A stretch of DNA of 64,000 nucleotides from Bacteroidales bacterium. GTDB lineage: Bacteria > Bacteroidota > Bacteroidia > Bacteroidales > UBA1402. The translations under genes were made by a program, and so were the position numbers. The notes beneath the pieces were generated by a model, which was not told the origin of the DNA, ran no database searches, and saw only the letters and a list, made by a program, of their open reading frames with translations. Shown one piece after another: positions 1 through 9,121 of the stretch. The stretch spans positions 157 through 64,156 of the forward strand of contig JAFUIP010000020.1 of assembly GCA_017468435.1 (NCBI GenBank). The letters are read 5' to 3'. Within the stretch, counting starts at the first letter, position 1; every line of letters starts with the position of its first letter.

Positions 1-197
1 ACTCTTTTCGCTTGTTTTTGCCAATATGTCAAAGTTTCAATCCACGCACCCGCACGGGGTGCGACTCGGATAATATGACTTATCCTACTTTCGAAATGGT
101 TTCAATCCACGCACCCGCACGGGGTGCGACGTTCTTCATAAAGCTGAGTAGTTAATTGTTTAAGAGTTTCAATCCACGCACCCGCACGGGGTGCGAC
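1..197 (-). CRISPR. Type I-C CRISPR array (leader-proximal end; continues beyond window start)
   Basis: Three identical 32-bp repeats at 34-65, 99-130, 166-197; minus-strand GTCGCACCCCGTGCGGGTGCGTGGATTGAAAC with internal hairpin and ATTGAAAC 3' end typical of I-C. Spacers 66-98 (33 bp), 131-165 (35 bp), and 1/3-33 (31-33 bp; the first AC may be the tail of a fourth repeat). Confidence 0.98.
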
Positions 198-363
198 TGT
201 CTAAAGATAAGACACTGAATATCATTATCTAATAGTTCAATTTCTGCGAACCATTAAACTATAACTAATTAATGATACAACAATGTGCTTTAATCTTATT
301 TATTGTTTTGAGAATCAATACTTGCGAACATTATAGTTTCTATGCAACACATTATGTTCGCAG
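198..363 (-). promoter_or_regulatory. CRISPR leader
   Basis: AT-rich 166 bp between cas2 stop and first repeat; contains TGCGAAC at 245-251 and 323-329 and an inverted copy GTTCGCA at 356-362. Confidence 0.85.
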
Positions 364-654
364 CTATATGATTAGTTCTGCGTCTATTGCAAATGTAGTC
401 ATTTTACCTACACTTTCAATTCTTTTATTCCAATTGTTACCTAAAAAATAAAAACGGACACTATCCAATTCTTCATTAATAATTGATTCAATTTTATTTT
501 TAAGTATGCAAAACTGAGCTTCAGTCAATAAACATTCAAATACTGAATTTTGAACTCTTCTTCCATAATTGACACACTCTTTTGCCACCTTTCGCAATCT
601 TTTCTTTCCCGCCTCAGAGGTGGTATCAACATCATATGTTATCAATATCATCAT
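364..654 (-). CDS. cas2: CRISPR-associated endonuclease Cas2
   Basis: 96 aa, ILITYDV...RLRKVAKEC..YGRRVQNSVFEC signature; adjacent to cas1. Confidence 0.97.
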   Translation of the reverse strand: MMILITYDVDTTSEAGKKRLRKVAKECVNYGRRVQNSVFECLLTEAQFCILKNKIESIINEELDSVRFYFLGNNWNKRIESVGKMTTFAIDAELII

Positions 655-657
655 ACT

Positions 658-1680
658 TCAACTAATCAAAAATACTGGATAATTATCTAAATCTCCACGG
701 ACAAATCTAGCAAACAACATAGATTGGACATATGGTAACAAACCAATAGGAATTTTTTCTCCCAAATACGGATGCATAATTGTTTCTTTTTTACGATTTT
801 GCCAAGCTACCAAGACTATTTTCCTGCCATTATCCGTCATAACAACTCCATCCTCTCCTTGTCGAACAAAGTCCTTTATGCTTAATTGTTTTCTATTAAT
901 AAGAGACAATACTAAGCGATCTCCTAAATATGCCCTTAACTCTTCCATCATATCCAAGGCCAACGAAGCCCTACCAGGACGCAATGTATGAAGAAAACCC
1001 ACATATGGATCTAAACCCACTGTTTCTAATGCAGATGACATATCAGAAGCTATAAGAGTATAGACAAAAGATAGCAATGCATTGACGGCATCTTTAGGAG
1101 GTCTTCTATTTCTTCCTGTGAAAACAAAATCATCTTTCTGATGTAAAATCAGTCGATGGAAAACCTCAAAATAGAGATTAGCAGCTTCACCCTCAACACC
1201 TCGTAACTCATTCAGATGAAGCGAGACAAAGGCTTTTTGTTTGCAATATTTCAATTGAGCCACAACTTCTTTTACACTATCATCATTTCCATTATCACGA
1301 AGAAACCGAGCAAGAATATTCCGATAATTCTGTATCTTACCCGCCACGAACAATTTACTGACTTCTAAAGTAAAAGTCTCATCTTGTGCCAGATTCCACT
1401 GTTTTGTCCTTAACAGAACATTCCCCTTTATAGGCCCTTGAAAACGACCTATAAACTTACCATGCGGAGACAAAAAACAGAGTGAGACATTATTATCTGC
1501 ACATAGTTTCATCAGCCCAGGCGATGCTCCCATATATCCGAACGTAACAATGCCTTCGATATTGACAATAGGAATACGAAATATCTCTTTCTGATTTACA
1601 GAAACAACTACATTTAAGCCATCTTTACTCAAATACGACTCGGGGGTTGTTACATATAATGTATTAAGTAGTTTCCTCAT
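658..1680 (-). CDS. cas1: Type I-C Cas1 integrase
   Basis: MRKLLNTLYV start, LRGVEGEAA, RNRRPPKDAVNALLSF, GLDPYVGFLH, SLALDMMEELR motifs. Confidence 0.98.
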   Translation of the reverse strand: MRKLLNTLYVTTPESYLSKDGLNVVVSVNQKEIFRIPIVNIEGIVTFGYMGASPGLMKLCADNNVSLCFLSPHGKFIGRFQGPIKGNVLLRTKQWNLAQDETFTLEVSKLFVAGKIQNYRNILARFLRDNGNDDSVKEVVAQLKYCKQKAFVSLHLNELRGVEGEAANLYFEVFHRLILHQKDDFVFTGRNRRPPKDAVNALLSFVYTLIASDMSSALETVGLDPYVGFLHTLRPGRASLALDMMEELRAYLGDRLVLSLINRKQLSIKDFVRQGEDGVVMTDNGRKIVLVAWQNRKKETIMHPYLGEKIPIGLLPYVQSMLFARFVRGDLDNYPVFLIS

Positions 1681-2338
1681 ACAGATACTTTTTCAGATAG
1701 TGTTTTACTGTTGAGCGATTCTCCAAATCCGGCATACAAATATCCACCAAAGAACAATTCTTACAATACTTACCTTTATTTGCTTTTGGGACAATTCCCA
1801 TTTGAAAGACACGATGCATTTCTTTTGCACACTGAATGGTTTGCTCTCTTAAGGACTGGTTAATATGAATCACTTCTCGATGCTTGGTTTCTCCGTAATA
1901 CAACGCACCATATTCTATGTGAATGCCATACATTTCCTCCAAACATAGAACTTGAGCTGCAAGTTGAACTTCATCAATAGCACTTCTTTTGGGCTTACCT
2001 CGTTTATACTCAATGGGGAAAGGCTTCCAGCATCCTGGGTACAACTTATGTTGTATTCCTTTTTCGCCATTTGCAGTGGGTATAAGTTCAACAGCATCGG
2101 TAAGACCATAGAGACCCAACTCTTTGGAAGCCACGGAAACAGAACGCAAAGTTATGGTATCACCATTCTTTTGACGATATGAAGGGTTATCTACATTGGT
2201 ATGCAGTAGATTACCCTCCATTGTCAAGCGGTTTTCTTCCCACTGCTGGTCTATATGAATCAAAGCCCATTGCCGAGGACAAAACATAAAATGCTGAATC
2301 CCCGACAACATAAGCATATCATCTTCATTATAGGCCAT
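1664..2338 (-). CDS. cas4: Cas4 RecB-like nuclease
   Basis: QHFMFCPRQW, D..E..PIEYKRG, QLAAQ and C-terminal CKNCSLVDIC Fe-S cysteines. Confidence 0.96.
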   Translation of the reverse strand: MAYNEDDMLMLSGIQHFMFCPRQWALIHIDQQWEENRLTMEGNLLHTNVDNPSYRQKNGDTITLRSVSVASKELGLYGLTDAVELIPTANGEKGIQHKLYPGCWKPFPIEYKRGKPKRSAIDEVQLAAQVLCLEEMYGIHIEYGALYYGETKHREVIHINQSLREQTIQCAKEMHRVFQMGIVPKANKGKYCKNCSLVDICMPDLENRSTVKHYLKKYLYEETT

Positions 2339-3372
2339 TATTCTTCTATTTTAGTATTTTCTTCTTCAAATGGAAGAGCTGTAAAATACCTATCAAAATC
2401 ACTTTGAAACAATTGATCTTGCATGATTCGATATCTTTCAAATTCTGTTTCTGCGTGCATCACTGCCTCTTCATGACTCACAGAACCCGCATCCGGTAAA
2501 AGTGGGCGCTCGTCACTTGACAGATATGCATCTATTCGTTTTGCCCAATCCTCCATTGTCATAGGAATGTGACGCTTGGCTCGACTTTCGGCGAACTCCA
2601 AAACTGCAGTTACAATGCGTCCCATATCCTCCAATTCCATCTTATTAAGATAATTTTTCGCTATTGACACATCGGTTTTTACAATCTTGCCATCGGGTGC
2701 ATTTTCCCAGGTTGTGAGGCCCATATGCTCTTTTTCTGCATCGGCCCTTTCTATAATCAATTCCGCAGCAGTTCGACCATGAACAGCATAATGCATCTTA
2801 TTCTGTATGCGTTTAAAGAATAAGCGCGTGGTAGGTGCATCCCTATTATAATCCATGCTGGTGGCATAAATATCTGTAAGTTTCTGATAGAAACGGCGCT
2901 CCGACAAACGAATCTCACGAATCTCAGCCAACAAATGTTCAAAATAATCTTCACCAAGAAATGAGCCATTCTCCATGCGCTTGCGATCAAGAACATATCC
3001 GCGGATGGCATATTGACGCAATACACTTGTTGCCCATTGTCTGAACTGGGTAGCACGCAAACTATTTACACGATACCCCACAGCAATAATGGCATCAAGG
3101 CTATAAAACTGAGTAAGATAATTTTTGCCATCTGATGCAGTTGCCGAGATTTTCTCGGTAACTGATTCCTTTATCAATTCGCCAGATGAGAAAATATTCT
3201 TCAAATGCAATCCCACATTATCTGTCGAACAATCAAATAGCGTCGCCATAGCCTTTTGGGTTGCCCATAAGTTTTCATCCTTATAGTAAACCTCAACACC
3301 TTGCTCCTTCCCTTCTGCCTGAAAAATCAGGAACTCTGCCGTACTGTTTCTTATTTCATGACGCTTTGGCAT
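2338..3372 (-). CDS. rhuM: RhuM-family (Virulence_RhuM-like) protein embedded in cas operon
   Basis: W.TQK.MA.LF, HLKNIF, YSLDAIIAVGYRVNS.RATQFRQWAT, EIREIRLSERRFYQKLTDIYATS, IAKNYL motifs typical of RhuM family; 344 aa, no Fic motif seen. Confidence 0.88.
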   Translation of the reverse strand: MPKRHEIRNSTAEFLIFQAEGKEQGVEVYYKDENLWATQKAMATLFDCSTDNVGLHLKNIFSSGELIKESVTEKISATASDGKNYLTQFYSLDAIIAVGYRVNSLRATQFRQWATSVLRQYAIRGYVLDRKRMENGSFLGEDYFEHLLAEIREIRLSERRFYQKLTDIYATSMDYNRDAPTTRLFFKRIQNKMHYAVHGRTAAELIIERADAEKEHMGLTTWENAPDGKIVKTDVSIAKNYLNKMELEDMGRIVTAVLEFAESRAKRHIPMTMEDWAKRIDAYLSSDERPLLPDAGSVSHEEAVMHAETEFERYRIMQDQLFQSDFDRYFTALPFEEENTKIEE

Positions 3373-3378
3373 AATAGA

Positions 3379-4236
3379 TCAGATTATTTCTTCAATAGTA
3401 ACTCCATCATACGTATTTTCACCGATTGTTACCTGATAATCAGCAAAAGAACGTGCTACGCCATCACACTTCTTCTCCACTTTGATAAGGTCAAAGAGTT
3501 TGTTAGCTGGAGCATTACCAAGTGGAGAATCATGCTTGAACACAATCAGCTTCTGTGCACTCATCAAGCCTCTGGCGGCAGAACGATCCACATCAAACAT
3601 ATTCTTCAATGCATCCCAGAAAAGTTCCAAATCCTCTTCGGAGAACCCCGTCTGCTTGGCAAGGTTAGCAGAAATGAATCCATGACAGATGTATAAGCCA
3701 TATGGAATGGTTGCCTTGCGACCCATAGTTCGATTGCCTCCACTTTGTTTCTCTGCATCTTTCTCGGTCGCTACGGCCATACGAGTAATAGAATGTTCTG
3801 AAGTCATGATTGGGTCGACTGAGCGAGCAAATGTAAACTGGATAGGGCCACGTACTTGTCCTGCATTTTTTCCAGTAGACATAACTGCACCAAAGGTACG
3901 AACATCGTAATACTTCTTGCACATAACAGCTCTTGCTGCAGAGGTTTTGTCTTTAGCATCCTTAACGGCTTTCACTGTATCATCTTCATGCGATGCATCT
4001 ATAAGCGTATTAAGTACCGCTTTTTCCTTGATAAAAATATCATAGCCATCGGCACACTCTTTAAGCACTTGCACATAATTCCTCACCTTACGTTTCAAAC
4101 AAACATCAGTTACCAATCCCATACCAGTTTCTGCATCAACACGCGGTAAGTTACCTGCATCAGGGTCTCCATTGGGGTTTCCGTCTTTTACGTCAAAGAT
4201 GTAAGCGAAATCAATTCTGTTTTTTAATTCTTTCAT
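3379..4236 (-). CDS. cas7: Type I-C Cas7/Csd2 backbone
   Basis: [48 protein letters not shown] motifs. Confidence 0.97.
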   Translation of the reverse strand: MKELKNRIDFAYIFDVKDGNPNGDPDAGNLPRVDAETGMGLVTDVCLKRKVRNYVQVLKECADGYDIFIKEKAVLNTLIDASHEDDTVKAVKDAKDKTSAARAVMCKKYYDVRTFGAVMSTGKNAGQVRGPIQFTFARSVDPIMTSEHSITRMAVATEKDAEKQSGGNRTMGRKATIPYGLYICHGFISANLAKQTGFSEEDLELFWDALKNMFDVDRSAARGLMSAQKLIVFKHDSPLGNAPANKLFDLIKVEKKCDGVARSFADYQVTIGENTYDGVTIEEII

Positions 4237-4268
4237 GACTGTATTTTTTAATTGTTAATTTCATTTTG

Positions 4269-4616
4269 TTATTCACTTTTCACATAAAATGATTGTATTT
4301 GGTGGTAATATCCCACAAAGAAACGGCCTTGATCTTGAAGGTCAAGATGAGCAGGAAATCCATTTGCGTCAATCTTGTCAATAATTTCTTGCTTTAGTTT
4401 CTCAAAAAAGACATTTTTTCCTTCATTCAACTTTTCCGAATGATGTGATGACAAGTTAAGAATTGTAGAGAATACGGCTGCAGGTGTTGTACTTGCTGCA
4501 TTCATATACCGTTCTTTAATGGAATGTTGTCCGTTTGCATCGCCTTGAATCTTATCCAGAACTGCAAACAAGCGGCCACATAAATAACCTTGATTGGTGT
4601 TTTCTTTGTCTAACAT
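4269..4616 (-). CDS. cas11: Probable Cas11 (small subunit) translated internally, in frame with cas8c
   Basis: In-frame ATG at 4616 (MLDKENTNQGYLCGRLFAVL..., 115 aa) preceded by A-rich AATAATGAACAAAAAATTGAAGTT; internal Cas11 translation is established for other I-C systems. Confidence 0.7.
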   Translation of the reverse strand: MLDKENTNQGYLCGRLFAVLDKIQGDANGQHSIKERYMNAASTTPAAVFSTILNLSSHHSEKLNEGKNVFFEKLKQEIIDKIDANGFPAHLDLQDQGRFFVGYYHQIQSFYVKSE

Positions 4617-5984
4617 AACTTCAATTTTTTGTTCATTATTATTTAATCTATTCAAATATGCTTTGATAATGGCGGCTCTCGTTATAGAGACTGCTACCTT
4701 GTCTTTATCACTAGATTCAGCACGAATACGTCGAATGCAACCTGAGAACAATGGTTGTGGATAGCTCAAACCTTGGAAAATACTCTTGACAACAGCCTCT
4801 GGTAGATTAGGAGTGACATCCGATGCTTTTCCACCCAATGTTACTGCAGAAAGAATAGAACGCAACCCCATATATGGTTTTTGATCTTTTCTTCCATCAA
4901 TAATTTTCATATCTTCGAAATGTCGATTGATAAGTTCTGCGAATTCAACCAAAGGTATCTCTGCCCAATATATCACTGCAATTCTTGCTGAATTTGGAGC
5001 CAGTCCAAGGATATAAAACTTATCATCAAGTGAGGTTTTGAGAGTTCCTTTATAGATTGATTCAAACACTTTACGGACTTGCTCAATTTTACGGTCAGGA
5101 TTATCTTCGTTTGAATCACTGAATCCAAACATACTCCAAATACTTTCTTCTGCTTGTTTTCCTGCTTCATTATCTCTTGATGCCCAAAAGACAAAAGTTC
5201 TATTGCCTATTAGGAATTTATTTCGAGAATCAGCACGTAACAAATGATTCAATGCTGTTGTGTATGCAAATTCTGCATCTTCGCCAATTGGAGCATTATT
5301 ACCTTTGGTCTTACCATATGAATCATACCCAGAATTCACTTGAAATGAAACTAATTTAGCAGTAGCTTGACTTCCTGGTATCATTGTAGCCGTTGTTGTT
5401 TCAACAAGACGCGATTTATTTCCAGAGACAAGACACACATCATCATCTTCAAAAGTATTTTCTTCCGAAATAGAGAGCAACTGTTGTTTCTCTGCAACAA
5501 TTTGGGTATCCCCTTCTATAATGAAAGAGAATAACGAAAACTTCTTATTTAAGTTTTTAACAACTTCTTCCCACAGAGAATCTTTCTGTAGAATATCAAC
5601 AATTAATTCACGTTCTTTTTGATAGAAATTATAAATGGCTCTTATCTCCATATTGTTAGGATAATCACTATAAATACTTTCTATTTGAGATTTGAACACA
5701 TCAAAACATTTAGTTACACTTGAATCATCTCCTTTATCAGAATAACCAAACACATAAGCACTATTATCATATAGATAGTTCGCTTTAGGTGCCGATGTTC
5801 GGCCAACTGATTTTCTTACAAGAAATTCTTGCGCGTGCTTATTATCAATTCGTCTATCTTCAAATCGCACAAAATTACCATCAGTATCTAATACCAATAG
5901 AAATCCTATTTCCTTTATTTCCAATCCCTTTCGTGGCAAATCTCCACTTCGGTGGTAATAATCATACAAAGCTTTTAGTATCAT
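4269..5984 (-). CDS. cas8c: Type I-C Cas8c/Csd1 large subunit
   Basis: MILKALYDYY start, SYGKTKG.NAP, FYILGLAPNSARIAV, YLCGRLFAVL, QGRFFVGYYHQ. Confidence 0.96.
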   Translation of the reverse strand: MILKALYDYYHRSGDLPRKGLEIKEIGFLLVLDTDGNFVRFEDRRIDNKHAQEFLVRKSVGRTSAPKANYLYDNSAYVFGYSDKGDDSSVTKCFDVFKSQIESIYSDYPNNMEIRAIYNFYQKERELIVDILQKDSLWEEVVKNLNKKFSLFSFIIEGDTQIVAEKQQLLSISEENTFEDDDVCLVSGNKSRLVETTTATMIPGSQATAKLVSFQVNSGYDSYGKTKGNNAPIGEDAEFAYTTALNHLLRADSRNKFLIGNRTFVFWASRDNEAGKQAEESIWSMFGFSDSNEDNPDRKIEQVRKVFESIYKGTLKTSLDDKFYILGLAPNSARIAVIYWAEIPLVEFAELINRHFEDMKIIDGRKDQKPYMGLRSILSAVTLGGKASDVTPNLPEAVVKSIFQGLSYPQPLFSGCIRRIRAESSDKDKVAVSITRAAIIKAYLNRLNNNEQKIEVMLDKENTNQGYLCGRLFAVLDKIQGDANGQHSIKERYMNAASTTPAAVFSTILNLSSHHSEKLNEGKNVFFEKLKQEIIDKIDANGFPAHLDLQDQGRFFVGYYHQIQSFYVKSE

Positions 5985-6712
5985 CTTAAAATCTCCTCAC
6001 TATCTCTTGGTGGAACAATAATTACGCCATTCTCCATTTTGGCACGATAAAAAGTAGCATCAGCTTTCTTCCAATCTCCGTCTGCATTCTTTTCCTTAAA
6101 ATCCATATCGTAGAGCATAATGCCTAACTCTCTATTTTCAGATATCGGTGTACTCAATGTTTCGTTTATGGTATCTACCAACCGGAAAGAAGCGACACAC
6201 TCACGAGTACCCAAATATGGCTGATTGAAACATTGACCTTTGCCTGCCCGACGTTCAAACATAGCATTATATTTACCCGGATTTTCATCCTTACGCAAGA
6301 GTTCCACTTCCTCATTTTCAATCAATTGATTCTTAGACTCGGTACGTTTCCATTGGGGGATAAATATAAGTTTTGCCCAAATACGATAGCGAACATCCTG
6401 CAAAAGCAAGGAATTCTTCTGTTGACGTTTTTCTTCAATAAAGATAGGATTCTTGGAAGCTACAGCTCCCACTTCATTTCTTCTGATATTTACCCATTTA
6501 ATGGGATTCAAGACTTCTATCTTTGTCACTTGCCACTGAATTGCAGGTTTCCAAAAGATAGATTCAAAGATAGCACGTGCAGCAGATGGAGTGATCACAT
6601 CATAACTCACTCGTTCTACTTTCAGTTCAGGACGTGTGAAACATGCATATAGCCCCCACACCTCCAAACAAAATTCTTTGTCGTAATACTCCATATATAT
6701 ATTATTATCCAT
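5981..6712 (-). CDS. cas5: Type I-C Cas5/Cas5d (crRNA processing)
   Basis: ACFTRPELKVERVSYDVITPSAARAIFESIFWKP, IRRNEV, QPYLGTRE. True start may be the second Met (MEYYDKEF). Confidence 0.97.
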   Translation of the reverse strand: MDNNIYMEYYDKEFCLEVWGLYACFTRPELKVERVSYDVITPSAARAIFESIFWKPAIQWQVTKIEVLNPIKWVNIRRNEVGAVASKNPIFIEEKRQQKNSLLLQDVRYRIWAKLIFIPQWKRTESKNQLIENEEVELLRKDENPGKYNAMFERRAGKGQCFNQPYLGTRECVASFRLVDTINETLSTPISENRELGIMLYDMDFKEKNADGDWKKADATFYRAKMENGVIIVPPRDSEEILR

Positions 6713-6715
6713 TTA

Positions 6716-8905
6716 TTAAACAATTAATGATTCCTCTAACCAGTGATTATCTACCACCAAACCAATATCATCGTTGTAAAATCCCATATCTCGAATAAAT
6801 AGAACTTCCTCAACCACTTCTTCTATCACTCCGGATTCTTTTAATTTCATCAAATCATGTTGTCTAATATTCACACTATATTGGGCAATTTCTTTCATTA
6901 AAGAATAGGAAAAACCATCAGTTTGCAATTTCCTCATCAAAGCAAGCACACCTTTCTTTTTCCAATTTACGACAATAGAAGTCGTATTATCGTCTATTAA
7001 CCGAAATCTTTTTGCGGCTTCTTCAAATTGCATTTCCTTTACATATAAAAGAGGCTTTATCTGTGATTTATCAAAATTGTCTATCCGAGAATGTAGTTGT
7101 TTGAAATATTCATTGATAGCCTCAGGAGAGAACCAATCATAATCACCAATCATATTCTTACGCGCATTATTTGTTTGCGTAATGAACCCACGCGGTAATC
7201 CAGTATTTAACGAAAAAACATGTGTTGTACAAAGTTCCAGCCGTCCTTCACGATTACAACGTCCTGCTGCCTGCAAAATTGAATCAAGCCCAGCCTCCTG
7301 TCTAAAGACCACAGGAAAATCAATGTCAACTCCCGCTTCTATCAATTGAGTTGCCACAACACGAATAACCTTGTTCGAATCATTCTTCAACGCTTCTTTT
7401 ATACTCTCAATCGTTTCTCTTACATGAGCTGGACACATCATTCGTGAAAGATGAAAACACAATCCTTCTTTAGGCAAACGTGAATAGATTTCTTTTGCAT
7501 CCTTACGGGTATTAACGATACAAAGCACACGTGGATGTTGAGCTATTTTTTCGGCTATCTCATCATACGATTGTGGAATATCATCTATTTCTAATTTAAC
7601 ACGTCTCAATCTATCATGTAAGTTTACATCTTGAGGTATAATCTCCTGAATTTGTGGTAATGCGTCAAAACTCACTAATGGATTCGTTCCTCCTATTTTT
7701 CCACTCAGTATAGGTTGACTAGCTGTTGTAAACAATACCGAGACATTGAAAACACGTTTTAATGTGTCAAGTGTATCAACAATTGGTTGCAAAAATTCCA
7801 TTGGCAATGTTTGTACTTCATCAAGAATCAATACACTATTGACGATATTATGCAATTTACGGCAATCAGAGGGTCTATTACTGAACAAAGATTCAAACAA
7901 TTGTACATTAGTGGTAACTATAATAGGATAATCCCAATTCTCCGTGGCTAATTTCAGTTTTTTAGGAATTTCTCCTTCATCTTCCGTTGGATTTATGTTT
8001 GAATGATGCTCTAATACATTTTCATCACCAAAAATATTTCTCAAGACAGCTGCTGTCTGTGTGATAATACTCGTATAAGGGATGGCTATAATAACGCGTT
8101 TCAAACCATTCCTTTTTGCGTGACGTAAAGCCCAAAGTACGGAAGATAAGGTTTTTCCTCCACCGGTGGGTACTGTCAAACTATAATAATCAACAACTCT
8201 TTCACTTGCGTTTATGCAGTACTGTTGAACTTCGTTTCTGATTCTGTTTACTTCTGAATTGGCCGCCTTTTGCCTTAAATCTTCTAAATATTTCTCCAAT
8301 TTCAAGAGCAAACATTCTATGGAGTCTTTTCCTCCTCTTAATAGACTTTGCTCAGGTTGCATAAATCGTTCCGTATCCAAATAGTCTGCATCAACTAAAC
8401 AGCTATAAAGCATACGAACTAAATGATGAATATCTTTGGGATTTCCGAGCAAAGGTAAGCTAAGTTTTATGCCCAACTCTTCGACCACAACATCTTCAGG
8501 CATGCTACATTTTAGCTTTTCTTCTTTGTCTCCATGATCATATAAACCACGATGATGTCCCATAAGAATATTATCTATGAATTGATAGAAAGGAGGTTTG
8601 CCATAAAGTTTCTTTGCAATCAATGCCCCCACATAAGCATGGTTATATTCACCTTCTACTTTAATCTCAGGTGAATAACCACTTTCCTTTTGTATGTGTT
8701 GTTGAAATGTTTTTTGTTCTTTGCCTTTATCATGAAGCAATCCTAAAACACAGCCCCATTCAGCCATACCAAATTCTCCTGCAAATTTGGATGCAAAATC
8801 AGCAACCCCGTTTTGATGTTCTTCATTGGATTGTATTCTCCATTGAGAAAGACTTCTATCAAACTTAATATGGGATATTATTTGTTTAGCTTCTTTCATT
8901 ATCAA
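6716..8905 (-). CDS. cas3: Cas3 HD nuclease-helicase
   Basis: LHDKGK and LVDADYLD (HD domain), VPTGGGKT, DEVQ, QLIEAGVDIDF, QAAGRCNR. Confidence 0.97.
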   Translation of the reverse strand: MIMKEAKQIISHIKFDRSLSQWRIQSNEEHQNGVADFASKFAGEFGMAEWGCVLGLLHDKGKEQKTFQQHIQKESGYSPEIKVEGEYNHAYVGALIAKKLYGKPPFYQFIDNILMGHHRGLYDHGDKEEKLKCSMPEDVVVEELGIKLSLPLLGNPKDIHHLVRMLYSCLVDADYLDTERFMQPEQSLLRGGKDSIECLLLKLEKYLEDLRQKAANSEVNRIRNEVQQYCINASERVVDYYSLTVPTGGGKTLSSVLWALRHAKRNGLKRVIIAIPYTSIITQTAAVLRNIFGDENVLEHHSNINPTEDEGEIPKKLKLATENWDYPIIVTTNVQLFESLFSNRPSDCRKLHNIVNSVLILDEVQTLPMEFLQPIVDTLDTLKRVFNVSVLFTTASQPILSGKIGGTNPLVSFDALPQIQEIIPQDVNLHDRLRRVKLEIDDIPQSYDEIAEKIAQHPRVLCIVNTRKDAKEIYSRLPKEGLCFHLSRMMCPAHVRETIESIKEALKNDSNKVIRVVATQLIEAGVDIDFPVVFRQEAGLDSILQAAGRCNREGRLELCTTHVFSLNTGLPRGFITQTNNARKNMIGDYDWFSPEAINEYFKQLHSRIDNFDKSQIKPLLYVKEMQFEEAAKRFRLIDDNTTSIVVNWKKKGVLALMRKLQTDGFSYSLMKEIAQYSVNIRQHDLMKLKESGVIEEVVEEVLFIRDMGFYNDDIGLVVDNHWLEESLIV

Positions 8906-8961
8906 TACATGTATTTATCAACAGTAGCATTTTATTCATCAATTTTGTTCAATCGATTTCG

Positions 8962-8969
8962 CAAAGTTA
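8962..8969 (-). promoter_or_regulatory. Bacteroidetes -7 promoter element for cas operon
   Basis: TAACTTTG (TAnnTTTG consensus) ~57 bp upstream of cas3. Confidence 0.6.
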
Positions 8970-9045
8970 AAATATGGATAAGTAAAAAGTGTTTCCTCGG
9001 ACAATTTTTTTCACAGCTATTTTTCACGAAATCATTGGAGGTGAT

Positions 9046-9076
9046 TTTGAAGTGCTACCTCGAGGCTGTATCTTTG
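9046..9076 (+). promoter_or_regulatory. Bacteroidetes -33/-7 promoter for umuDC
   Basis: TTTG at 9046-9049 and TATCTTTG at 9069-9076. Confidence 0.7.
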
Positions 9077-9121
9077 CAAGGCATGCGAGAAAGAGCGATA
9101 GCTTGCGAGAGGAGGACAATC

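Noticed and set aside
364-8905. Absence of cas6
   Set aside because: Normal for type I-C, where Cas5 processes crRNA.
8813-9121. N-terminal extension of the umuD ORF (245 aa in track), suggesting a LexA-like repressor
   Set aside because: Overlaps cas3 and both promoters, is Phe-rich with no HTH, and a promoter lies inside it; the real protein is about 142-155 aa UmuD.
8906-9121. SOS box upstream of umuD
   Set aside because: No CTGT-N8-ACAG, GAAC-N4-GTTC or GGA-N5-TCC match found by eye.
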